Source: an uncultured Candidatus Saccharibacteria bacterium (GTDB lineage Bacteria > Patescibacteriota > Minisyncoccia > Phycocordibacterales > UBA9973). Taken from it: a stretch of 64,000 nucleotides of DNA. The translations under genes and the position numbers were made by a program. The notes under the pieces are model-generated. The model was not told where the DNA came from. It saw nothing but the letters and a program-made list of their open reading frames with translations, and made no database searches. The first letter of the stretch is position 1. The number at the start of each line of letters is the position of its first letter. Shown one piece after another: positions 47,925 to 56,637 of this stretch. The stretch is from assembly GCA_964634365.1 (NCBI GenBank), contig CAZWJU010000001.1, positions 21,858-85,857 on the forward strand, in the 5' to 3' direction.

Positions 47925-49606
47925 TTTTCAAAAGACGCAGGAGAAAAATAGCTATACCCGAAGTAGATCCAGATGAAATATTTTTGGATTCTCAAAACAT
48001 ACCTTCTTTCGATAGTCAGCAATTTGAAGGCAGAATCGAAAGTGCCATACCAAAACGCACAATATTTTTTCTAGGCTCTTTTTTTGCTCTTGTCGGAGTC
48101 GTGTTTGTTTTCAAGGCTGGTGTATTGCAATTGAAGATGGCTGCGGCTTATGCGCTTCGAAGTGAACAAAACAGTTTAGATACTATACCGCTTTTTTCTG
48201 ATAGAGGTGTTATTTTCGATAGAAACGGAGTTGAACTTGTCACAAACAAAATGATTCCGGATTCTGATTTTCCGGTTAGGAATTATACAGACAAACAAGG
48301 CTTTTCTCATATCTTGGGTTATGTAAGTTATCCAGCAAAAGATACTAGTGGAGTGTATTGGCAGAAGGAGATTATTGGTAAAGATGGAATCGAAAAATCT
48401 ATGAACAGTGTCTTGTCTGGTAAAAACGGTTTGAAAATTTTTGAGACAGATGCGTTAGGGAAAATACAATCTGAAAATTTAGTGAATACTCCAGAGCATG
48501 GAGAAAACATAACTTTGGCTATAGATGCGCGCTTGCAAAACGAATTTTCTTTGGCGATTGAAAGATTGGCCGAGACAGCAGGCTTTATTGGAGGAGCTGG
48601 GGTGATTATGGATGTAAATACAGGAGAGATTATTGTTATGACTAGTTTTCCTGAATACGATTCAAATATTTTATCTTTAGGAAGCGATAGAGAAACTATA
48701 TCTAGATATATTCATGACAATCGTAAAGTATTTTTAAATAAAACAGTCGGGGGGCTTTATACACCCGGATCCATAGTGAAGCCTTTTGTGGCGGTCGGGG
48801 CTCTCATGGAAGATGTAATCGATCCGAACAAGCAGATTTTAAGTACAGGATCTATATCTTTACCAAACCCATACAATCCAGAGTTGAAAACTGTTTTCAA
48901 CGATTGGAAGGCTCATGGCTGGGTAGATATGCGCAAGGCTCTGGCTGTTTCTTCGAACGTTTATTTTTATGAAATTGGTGGAGGGTTTCAAGATCAGAAG
49001 GGTTTGGGTATAAGCAATATTAAAAAGTATACTCAAATGTTTGGTCTCGGTAAAAAGACTGGGGTAGATGTAGCTGGTGAGCTTACTGGTACGATTCCTT
49101 CACCAGAATGGAAAGAGAAAAATTTCCCAGGCGATATATGGAGAATAGGAGATACTTACAACACTGCTATTGGTCAGTATGGATTTCAGGTTACTCCAAT
49201 TCAGATGGTTAGAGCAGTTGCTGCTATTGCAAACGGTGGAAAGTTACTGACTCCTACTATATTAAAAACCGATAAGCCCGTTGGAAATATTGAAAGTATT
49301 GATATACCAGAAGATGTTTTAAATATTGTTCGAGAAGGAATGCGCATGGTTGTAACAGAAGGCACTGGTTCCATAATGAACTACTCAGGTATCACTGTAG
49401 CTGCAAAAACTGGTACAGCCCAAGTTGGAATATCTAAAAATTATATGAACTCATGGTCAATGGGATTCTTCCCATATGAGAACCCTAAATATGCTTTCAT
49501 TGTGCTTATGGAAAAAGGCCCAAAGACAAATACTATTGGAGCAAGTCATGTTATGAAAGATGTGCTTTACTATATAAACACCTATGCCCCAGAATACGCA
49601 GAATAG
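47921..49606 (+). CDS. mrdA: penicillin-binding protein 2-like transpeptidase
   Basis: 561 aa. N-terminal TM. SxxK (GSIVKP), SxN (SSNVYFY) and KTG (AAKTGTAQ) motifs. PBP dimerisation domain. Stop codon is TAG. Confidence 0.75.
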   Translation: MIFKRRRRKIAIPEVDPDEIFLDSQNIPSFDSQQFEGRIESAIPKRTIFFLGSFFALVGVVFVFKAGVLQLKMAAAYALRSEQNSLDTIPLFSDRGVIFDRNGVELVTNKMIPDSDFPVRNYTDKQGFSHILGYVSYPAKDTSGVYWQKEIIGKDGIEKSMNSVLSGKNGLKIFETDALGKIQSENLVNTPEHGENITLAIDARLQNEFSLAIERLAETAGFIGGAGVIMDVNTGEIIVMTSFPEYDSNILSLGSDRETISRYIHDNRKVFLNKTVGGLYTPGSIVKPFVAVGALMEDVIDPNKQILSTGSISLPNPYNPELKTVFNDWKAHGWVDMRKALAVSSNVYFYEIGGGFQDQKGLGISNIKKYTQMFGLGKKTGVDVAGELTGTIPSPEWKEKNFPGDIWRIGDTYNTAIGQYGFQVTPIQMVRAVAAIANGGKLLTPTILKTDKPVGNIESIDIPEDVLNIVREGMRMVVTEGTGSIMNYSGITVAAKTGTAQVGISKNYMNSWSMGFFPYENPKYAFIVLMEKGPKTNTIGASHVMKDVLYYINTYAPEYAE

Positions 49607-49650
49607 TCATTTTTTGTTGACTTTTAGGCTCTAAAAGCTACAATACTCTC

Positions 49651-50121
49651 ATGCAAAAAGACGAAGAATATATAAGTGCTGAACGAAAAAAGGCTTTAGA
49701 AATAGAACTTCACGAACTTCAGACTGTCAAAAGAAAAGAAATACTTGAGAACCTTGAGTATGCAAAATCACTCGGAGATCTATCTGAAAATGCAGAATAT
49801 CACCAGGCACGTGACGAGCAAGGTAAGCTTGAGGAGCGTATTGCTAAAATAGAACACATACTCCAATCATCAAAAATCATAAGTAAATCAACTGGTGGAA
49901 CTAGTATAGACATAGGATCAAAAGTGGTTGTATCAAAAGTTGATTCTGATCAAAAACAAGAATACGAAATAGTAGGTAGCGAAGAAGCTGACATGGCACA
50001 AGGTAGACTGTCACACCGTTCTCCACTAGGTATAGCGCTTATGGGCAAAACAAAGGGTGATACAGTGAACATAGAATCACCAAGAGGAAAGTCGAGTTAT
50101 AAAATAGTTTCAGTTCAATAA
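49651..50121 (+). CDS. greA: transcription elongation factor GreA
   Basis: 156 aa. N-terminal coiled-coil with conserved acidic residues. C-terminal FKBP-like domain. Confidence 0.8.
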   Translation: MQKDEEYISAERKKALEIELHELQTVKRKEILENLEYAKSLGDLSENAEYHQARDEQGKLEERIAKIEHILQSSKIISKSTGGTSIDIGSKVVVSKVDSDQKQEYEIVGSEEADMAQGRLSHRSPLGIALMGKTKGDTVNIESPRGKSSYKIVSVQ

Positions 50122-50125
50122 TTTT

Positions 50126-51589
50126 ATGGCAGCATTAGAAGAAATTCGTGAGTTACGTCTACAAAAGTTAGCACGTTTACAAGAAGCTGGTATGGATCCA
50201 TACCCAGCTCGTATTACTCGTGACTTGGCTATATCTGATTTGCGTGAAAATTTTGAAGAAAAGTTATCTAGCGGCGAGGCACTGAATATAGCTGGTAGGA
50301 TAATGGCGATTCGCGGACAAGGTGCGATACTTTTTGTCGTGCTCGATGACGGCACAGATAAATTTCAATGCGTTTTCAAAAAAGACACAATAGATGAAAA
50401 ACTTTTCGCTTTATTTACTGAGAACATAGATATAGGAGATTTTATTTCAGTTAACGGAACACTTTTCACAACAGAAAGAGGAGAAAAAAGTATTTTGACC
50501 AAGACTTGGAGTATTGTCACAAAGTCTATCCTACCACTTCCTGAAAAATGGCATGGGATAACAGACGAAGATGAGCGCTACCGCAAGCGATATCTCGACA
50601 TGCTTATGAATCCAGAACTTAGAGAGATCTTCAAAAAGAGATCAAAGTTTTGGAATGTTATAAGAGAATATCTTTTAGAAAAAGATTTTATAGAAGTAGA
50701 AACTCCTGTGCTTGAAAATACAACAGGAGGTGCAGATGCGCGTCCATTTGTAACTCATCACAATGCGCTCGATATAGATGTGTATTTGCGTATATCAGCC
50801 GGAGAATTGTGGCAGAAAAAGTTGTTGGTAGGAGGATTCCCAAGAACATTTGAAATAGGGAGAATTTTTAGAAACGAAGGTATGTCTGCTGAACATCTTC
50901 AAGACTACACTCAGCTTGAGTATTATATGGCGTACTCTGATTTCAGAGAGGGTATGGAGATGACAAAAGAATTGTACAGACTAATCGGAGAAAAAGTTTT
51001 TGGTACTACAAAATTTACCATAAAAGGATTTGATATAGATTTGGCAGATACTTGGCAGATATATGATTTTGTTGAGATTTTGAAAAAAGAATATAGCATA
51101 GATGCTTTCGATACAAATGTAGAACAAATCGAATCTATGCTAAAAAAATATGACATAGTCTACGATAAAAAAGATTTGAGTATTGAAAGGGGTATCGATC
51201 TTCTATGGAAGCGTGTACGTAAAAATATAGGTGGTCCAGGATTTTTGATTGGAGTACCAGTCTACTTGGAACCTCTTGCAAAGAAGAATTCAGACAATCC
51301 AAAAACAGTTGAACGTTTTCAGGTAATACTTGCCGGTAGTGAGATGGGTAAAGGTTTTAGTGAGCTCAATGACCCAGTAGATCAAAAAGAAAGATTCATG
51401 GCTCAGCAAGCTTTGCGTGACGCAGGAGACGATGAAGCGCAGATGGCAGATATGGAATTCGTCGAAGCGCTAGAGTATGGTATGCCTCCAGCGTTTGGTT
51501 TCGGTTTGTCTGAGAGATTGTTTAGCTTTCTAATGGACAAGCCAGTACGCGAAACAGTTTTGTTTCCACTAATGAAGCCACGAGATTAA
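50126..51589 (+). CDS. lysS: lysyl-tRNA synthetase (class II)
   Basis: 487 aa. N-terminal OB anticodon-binding domain. Class II motifs (FRNEG, GxGxGxxR-like GFGLSERL). Confidence 0.85.
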   Translation: MAALEEIRELRLQKLARLQEAGMDPYPARITRDLAISDLRENFEEKLSSGEALNIAGRIMAIRGQGAILFVVLDDGTDKFQCVFKKDTIDEKLFALFTENIDIGDFISVNGTLFTTERGEKSILTKTWSIVTKSILPLPEKWHGITDEDERYRKRYLDMLMNPELREIFKKRSKFWNVIREYLLEKDFIEVETPVLENTTGGADARPFVTHHNALDIDVYLRISAGELWQKKLLVGGFPRTFEIGRIFRNEGMSAEHLQDYTQLEYYMAYSDFREGMEMTKELYRLIGEKVFGTTKFTIKGFDIDLADTWQIYDFVEILKKEYSIDAFDTNVEQIESMLKKYDIVYDKKDLSIERGIDLLWKRVRKNIGGPGFLIGVPVYLEPLAKKNSDNPKTVERFQVILAGSEMGKGFSELNDPVDQKERFMAQQALRDAGDDEAQMADMEFVEALEYGMPPAFGFGLSERLFSFLMDKPVRETVLFPLMKPRD

Positions 51590-51600
51590 ACACAAAAAGT

Positions 51601-51625
51601 AAAACCTCCCAGAAGGGAGGTTTTT
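51601..51625. terminator. bidirectional intrinsic terminator
   Basis: aaaacctcccagaagggaggtttttatttt. Confidence 0.65.
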
Positions 51626-51629
51626 ATTT

Positions 51630-51923
51630 TTACATACCGAAGAATCCTCGGAACAATTCTTTCATTCTCGGATCAAATTTGTAGACATATGGTTTATCCG
51701 GAAGTTGATTTTCAACCGGTATAAATATTTTTGGGATCATTCTTCCTTTGTCGTCTTTATTTAAATTCAGTATCCCGCAAAAAATAGAATCAGTTTTGAG
51801 CCCATCAAAATTTTTCATTTGAGATGGGGGAGTAACTGGCTCAATAAATCTCGGTACTATTTTACCATTTGGTAATTGAGTAATTTCCAAAATACTTTTA
51901 GTTATGTTGTCTATTTTTTTCAT
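51630..51923 (-). CDS. hypothetical protein
   Basis: 97-aa ORF. Confidence 0.35.
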   Translation of the reverse strand: MKKIDNITKSILEITQLPNGKIVPRFIEPVTPPSQMKNFDGLKTDSIFCGILNLNKDDKGRMIPKIFIPVENQLPDKPYVYKFDPRMKELFRGFFGM

Positions 51924-52012
51924 AGTGTGCTGTTTTTATTAGATTACCACAAATATATTCTTTGTCAAAAGAGAGTGATTTTAGTTATCCACAGAATTAA
52001 ATTTGTTGGATT

Positions 52013-52057
52013 GTGGGACAAAGTGGAGTATAATTACACCAAGTGGGATTAAGTGGG
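52013..52057 (+). promoter_or_regulatory. MraZ operator-like direct repeats (GTGGG/GTGGA at 10-bp phasing) overlapping the mraZ promoter (-10 TATAAT at 52029-52034)
   Basis: GTGGG at 52013, GTGGA at 52023, GTGGG at 52043 and 52053. MraZ is known to bind tandem GTGGG repeats separated by 5-nt spacers upstream of the dcw operon. Confidence 0.55.
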
Positions 52058-52071
52058 AAATATTAAAAACT

Positions 52072-52506
52072 ATGCTAATCGGAGAATACACACATTCAAT
52101 AGACGACAAAAATCGTATATCACTTCCAGCAAAATTTCGAAAGGAAATGGGGAAGAGTGTTATTCTAGCGCCTGGACTCGACAAATGTATAGCCATGTAT
52201 ACATCTCGAGAATGGGAGCGGGTTTCAGAGAAACTTGCCGAGAGCTCAGTTCTCCAGTCTGACAACAGGAGTTTCGGCCGCTTTATGTTTGGTGGCGCGG
52301 TCGAGGCTCCAGTTGATGCAGCTGGTCGTATTCTCATACCAGATTTTTTAATACAACGTGCAGGTCTCAAATCTAAAGTCGCTCTGATAGGTGTGCAAAA
52401 TAGAATTGAACTTTGGAACGACAAGGTATGGCAAGAATACAAGCGTGCGGTTGATTCACAAGCTGACCAACTTGCTGAAAAGTTGGGACAGATAGGTGTT
52501 CTCTAG
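52072..52506 (+). CDS. mraZ: transcriptional regulator MraZ
   Basis: Start moved to MLIGEYTHSIDDKNRISLPAKFR. Two SpoVT/AbrB-like halves, each with a DxxxR motif. Confidence 0.8.
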   Translation: MLIGEYTHSIDDKNRISLPAKFRKEMGKSVILAPGLDKCIAMYTSREWERVSEKLAESSVLQSDNRSFGRFMFGGAVEAPVDAAGRILIPDFLIQRAGLKSKVALIGVQNRIELWNDKVWQEYKRAVDSQADQLAEKLGQIGVL

Positions 52507-52509
52507 AAT

Positions 52510-53418
52510 ATGAGTTCAGTAGAGAAACACCCACACATAAGCGTTCTTTTAAACGAATCAATAGAAGGTTTAGATATAGGCCCAAAAGATATTGTCCTAG
52601 ATGGCACTGTAGGAGCTGGAGGTCATACGTTTGAGATTTTAAGTAGATTTAAAAACTCCAACATCAGACTAATCGCTCTCGACAGAGATGTTCAAGCTTT
52701 AGAGATTGCTAAATCTAGATGTAGAGAATTTACAAACGTATCTTTTCATAAAGAAAATTTTCGCAACTTAGATAAAGTTCTTGCAACTCTAGACATAGAC
52801 AAAGTAGACGCAGTCTTGCTCGATCTAGGTGTCAGTTCTATGCAACTCGATACACCTGGGAGAGGATTCTCATTTATGAGAGACGAACCACTCTCTATGA
52901 CTATGGCAAGCGACCAGTCTGATACAGGAGTAACTGCATACGATGTAGTTAACACTTGGGCAGAAGAGAGCTTGGCGGATATTATTTACGGCTACGGCGA
53001 AGAAAGATATTCGAGACGTATTGCCCGAGCAATAGTAGAATCCAGATCAATAGAGCCCATAAAGTCCACAGCAGAGCTTGCAGAATTGATCAAGAGCGCG
53101 GTCCCTTTCTCTTATAGAAATGGCCGAATACATCCAGGCACAAAAACATTTCAAGCTATCCGTATCGCAGTAAACGATGAACTAGGCTCAATCAGAGAAG
53201 GTTTGGATAAGGCTTGGTCACATTTGAGTAAAGACGGAAGACTTGTGGTTATATCTTTTCACTCTCTCGAAGATCGCATAGTTAAAAATTTTATAAAAGA
53301 ACACAAAGACGAAGGTCTCATTATTACAAAAAAACCAAAAACTGCTAGTGACGAAGAAATCAGATTAAACCCAAGATCACGCAGTGCAAAATTAAGAATT
53401 TTTCAAAAAAACAAATGA
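52510..53418 (+). CDS. rsmH: 16S rRNA (cytosine1402-N4)-methyltransferase RsmH/MraW
   Basis: 302 aa. SAM-binding DGTVGAGGH. Conserved RsmH blocks. Confidence 0.85.
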   Translation: MSSVEKHPHISVLLNESIEGLDIGPKDIVLDGTVGAGGHTFEILSRFKNSNIRLIALDRDVQALEIAKSRCREFTNVSFHKENFRNLDKVLATLDIDKVDAVLLDLGVSSMQLDTPGRGFSFMRDEPLSMTMASDQSDTGVTAYDVVNTWAEESLADIIYGYGEERYSRRIARAIVESRSIEPIKSTAELAELIKSAVPFSYRNGRIHPGTKTFQAIRIAVNDELGSIREGLDKAWSHLSKDGRLVVISFHSLEDRIVKNFIKEHKDEGLIITKKPKTASDEEIRLNPRSRSAKLRIFQKNK

Positions 53419-53756
53419 CTATAAAAAAAATACAACAAAAAAGCAGAACATTGACCGAGTCACGCGGTAAGCAACTTTTCTTTTGGATGGTTGTGTGTGC
53501 TGGCGCACTGTTTGCTATGTATTTGTATTTTTTGTCTACTACAGTATTTAGTATAGTCACCCGCAAAAACGTAGAAAACGATATTAGAGCTAAGGTTACA
53601 TCTATTGGTGAGCTCGAGCTTACATATCTAAATTATTTTTCATCAATCAACAAGACTCTGGCTTATGAAGAGGGCTTCATAGAGCCAAAGGAAGTATATT
53701 TTGTATCAAGAAACACACTGCTAACAAAAGCAGAAAATTCTTCATATGAACTCTAG
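53415..53756 (+). CDS. FtsL-like cell division protein (small bitopic membrane protein)
   Basis: 113 aa. Single TM followed by a coiled-coil. Positioned between rsmH and ftsI. Confidence 0.5.
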   Translation: MTIKKIQQKSRTLTESRGKQLFFWMVVCAGALFAMYLYFLSTTVFSIVTRKNVENDIRAKVTSIGELELTYLNYFSSINKTLAYEEGFIEPKEVYFVSRNTLLTKAENSSYEL

Positions 53757-55461
53757 TTTTCTGTTTCGTATACGAATATTGGTAGGGGTTTTTGTCTTCG
53801 TAATCTTGCTTGTAGTTGCGAAGCTTTTTTATATCCAAATCATACACAAAGATACATATACTGAAAAAGCTGATAGGCAGTACGCTACACCTGTCGGTAG
53901 TATGTTCGATCGCGGAAGTATATATTTTAGTACCAAGGACAATACTCTGGTATCCGCAGCTACTCTAAAAACTCTTTTCAAAATAGCTATAAAACCCAAA
54001 GAGATAGTCGACCCAGAAGCTACTTTCAGTAAGCTCCAAACTTACATACCACTTGAACATGAGGAGTTTATGAAGCAGGTTGCAAAGGTTGAAGACCCTT
54101 ACGAAGAGATTGCGGTTCGTCAGACGAAAGAGGTTGCAGATAGTATAAGTCTCGCAAAGATACCAGGTGTTTATATATACAAAGAAAAAACTAGATTCTA
54201 TCCAGGCGATTCGCTCGCTTCACATGTTTTGGGCTTTGTCGCTTACAAAGAAGATGAGTTGTCAGGACGCTATGGTCTTGAGCGAAGTTACGACGAAACT
54301 TTGTCTAGAGGCAAAGAGTCCGTGTACATGAACTTCTTTGCAGAAATTTTTGCAAATATTCACGATACTATTTTTACTCGCGAAGAAAAAGACGGAGATC
54401 TTGTCCTGTCTATTGAACCACAAGTGCAGACACTACTCGAAGATGAGCTTGTAAAAGCCGTGGAGCGCTATGGAGCAGACTTTGCTGGCGGAATGATAAT
54501 CGACCCACGTACTGGCGATATGATAGCGATGGCGCGCGTCCCAGGATACGATCTCAATGCTTTCAAGGAGGTTACGAACCCTCTGCTCTATGGAAATACA
54601 AACGTCGAAAACGTATATGAGTTTGGGTCTGTTATAAAACCTCTTACAATAGCTTCTGGTATAGATGCCGGGGTGATAACTCCAGAGACTTCATACAACG
54701 ACCAAGGTTTTGTAATTTTGAATACAAAAAGAATAAACAACTTCGACTTGAAAGGTCGCGGACCAGGTACAACCATGCAAGATGTTTTGAATGAATCTCT
54801 AAACACTGGAAGTGTGTTTGTAATGCAAAAACTGGGCCATGACAAGTTTAGAGACTATATGATGAGCTTTGGGATTGGCGAGAAGACTGGTATAGATCTC
54901 CCGAATGAAACAACTGGTCTTGTTTCAAACTTGAAAAGTACACGTGAGATTGAGTATGCGACTGCAGCCTTCGGTCAGGGTATAGCTCTGACACCTATCG
55001 AAGCACTACGTGCTTTTACTGTATTTGCAAACGATGGTAGATATGTAACACCGCATCTAGTAAAAGAAATCAAATATACAGACGGGACAAGTTATAAAAC
55101 TGAAGTAGAAGAGAGCGAGCAAGTCATATCCGAAGAATCTGCTTTTACGATTACCAAAATGCTTACTGTTGTAGCAGATACTATGATGAAAACTTACGGG
55201 CTATCTTTCCCACACTATTCTCTAGCGGTAAAGACTGGTACAGCCCAGGTGGCACTTGAGAGCGGGGGAGGATACTATGACGACAAGCACCTACACTCTA
55301 TATTCGGATATTTCCCAGCTTATGAGCCAAGATTTCTAATATTTATGTACATAATGGATCCAAAAGGGGTAAAGTATTCTGCACAGACTCTTTCAGGTCC
55401 GCTTGTAAACACAGCAAAATATTTGAGTACTTACTACAACGTACCACCGGATAGTATATAG
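53746..55461 (+). CDS. ftsI: penicillin-binding protein FtsI (PBP3-like transpeptidase)
   Basis: 571 aa. N-terminal TM. SxxK (GSVIKP), SxN (SLNTGS) and KTG (AVKTGTAQ) motifs. dcw-cluster position. Confidence 0.8.
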   Translation: MNSSFLFRIRILVGVFVFVILLVVAKLFYIQIIHKDTYTEKADRQYATPVGSMFDRGSIYFSTKDNTLVSAATLKTLFKIAIKPKEIVDPEATFSKLQTYIPLEHEEFMKQVAKVEDPYEEIAVRQTKEVADSISLAKIPGVYIYKEKTRFYPGDSLASHVLGFVAYKEDELSGRYGLERSYDETLSRGKESVYMNFFAEIFANIHDTIFTREEKDGDLVLSIEPQVQTLLEDELVKAVERYGADFAGGMIIDPRTGDMIAMARVPGYDLNAFKEVTNPLLYGNTNVENVYEFGSVIKPLTIASGIDAGVITPETSYNDQGFVILNTKRINNFDLKGRGPGTTMQDVLNESLNTGSVFVMQKLGHDKFRDYMMSFGIGEKTGIDLPNETTGLVSNLKSTREIEYATAAFGQGIALTPIEALRAFTVFANDGRYVTPHLVKEIKYTDGTSYKTEVEESEQVISEESAFTITKMLTVVADTMMKTYGLSFPHYSLAVKTGTAQVALESGGGYYDDKHLHSIFGYFPAYEPRFLIFMYIMDPKGVKYSAQTLSGPLVNTAKYLSTYYNVPPDSI

Positions 55462-55465
55462 AGTA

Positions 55466-55768
55466 TTATTGGATAAGCCAGGCTACAAATATTAGTAAAC
55501 CAGGCAAGAACCAATCAAACAGAAAGGTAAAGAAACTTTTAGGTAATTTACTTTTTTGTATAAAATCATAAAAAACCCACTGTCTTTTAAATGTTCCATA
55601 TTGAAAATAAGTAAGTATACATCCGCCTAGTACTAAGTCTTGAATCCTGAGAAGCATGAATACGAGAAGGATATAATACCACTCTAACCAAAAAACAGAG
55701 CTGATCATTAAAATAAAAAATAGCCAATGAGTTATATCCGCAAGTATGGCTATAGATTTATTTTTCAT
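55466..55768 (-). CDS. hypothetical small membrane protein
   Basis: 100 aa, 3 TM helices. Confidence 0.35.
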   Translation of the reverse strand: MKNKSIAILADITHWLFFILMISSVFWLEWYYILLVFMLLRIQDLVLGGCILTYFQYGTFKRQWVFYDFIQKSKLPKSFFTFLFDWFLPGLLIFVAWLIQ

Positions 55769-55776
55769 AATTTAAT

Positions 55777-56343
55777 TTACTTTTCTACTGTCACAAAAAC
55801 TGGTATATCAGATACTACTATCTTAGCCACACCATCTTCTATCAAATATCCGCGAGTAAGTGGCTCCACTTCTCCTTCTCGTACGAATCTCTCAGTTAGC
55901 ACAATAGATCCTTCAGCAGGGAAATTTGCAGTTAAGTCAGAGGATGATGTAAAGTTTTCATCTAACCAGATTATCCATTCGGTATTTTCACCGTTTTTAA
56001 AACTATATAGTACGAATTCAGGTGAGCTTTCTATGCGAAGGGGAATGCTTGCGTTTTGAAAATGTTTTTTCATTTGTTTTACAAACATATCCTCAACTGA
56101 TCCATCTTTGTAAGAGAAGTCTTTTGCAAGCAAGGCGAACTCGTATGAGAGTTCGGTGCTTTTTTCTGCACTAGAGACTACAAGTGAGAGTGTTTTTTCT
56201 GTTAGGTTGGATATATTTTCTTGGTCTTGTCTTACCAACACAGCTCTACGAGGGCCGTTGTCTGGCAATAGACCGATTAGTAAAAATATTGATATAGAGC
56301 TAATTAGTATATAAGCTTGTTTTTTTGTGATTAGATTGTTCAT
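55777..56343 (-). CDS. hypothetical secreted/membrane-anchored protein
   Basis: 188 aa, N-terminal TM/signal. Confidence 0.35.
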   Translation of the reverse strand: MNNLITKKQAYILISSISIFLLIGLLPDNGPRRAVLVRQDQENISNLTEKTLSLVVSSAEKSTELSYEFALLAKDFSYKDGSVEDMFVKQMKKHFQNASIPLRIESSPEFVLYSFKNGENTEWIIWLDENFTSSSDLTANFPAEGSIVLTERFVREGEVEPLTRGYLIEDGVAKIVVSDIPVFVTVEK

Positions 56344-56410
56344 GTACTGATTATATACTCGAAATTTATTTGCGAAAAGTCGTAAAAATTGGTATATTCT
56401 CGAGGCAAAT

Positions 56411-56485
56411 GGCCCTATCGTCTATCGGTTAGGACACATCCTTCTCAAGGATGGAAGCGCGGTTCGATTCCGCGTAGGGTCACCA
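56411..56485 (+). tRNA. tRNA-Glu (anticodon CTC), CCA encoded
   Basis: GGCCCTATCGTCTATCGGTTAGGACACATCCTTCTCAAGGATGGAAGCGCGGTTCGATTCCGCGTAGGGTCACCA. Confidence 0.85.
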
Positions 56486-56637
56486 TCACGTGCTAGCACG
56501 AGAAGCATATAAAATAATACTTTTTGACGATCAAAAATTTGCACCCCTCTGAGAATCGAACCTTCTTTGGCGCCGCTGTTAAAAGGCTTGGCTTACCCGA
56601 AATATATACACTGTGCCCCTTAAGGTATAATACATCT

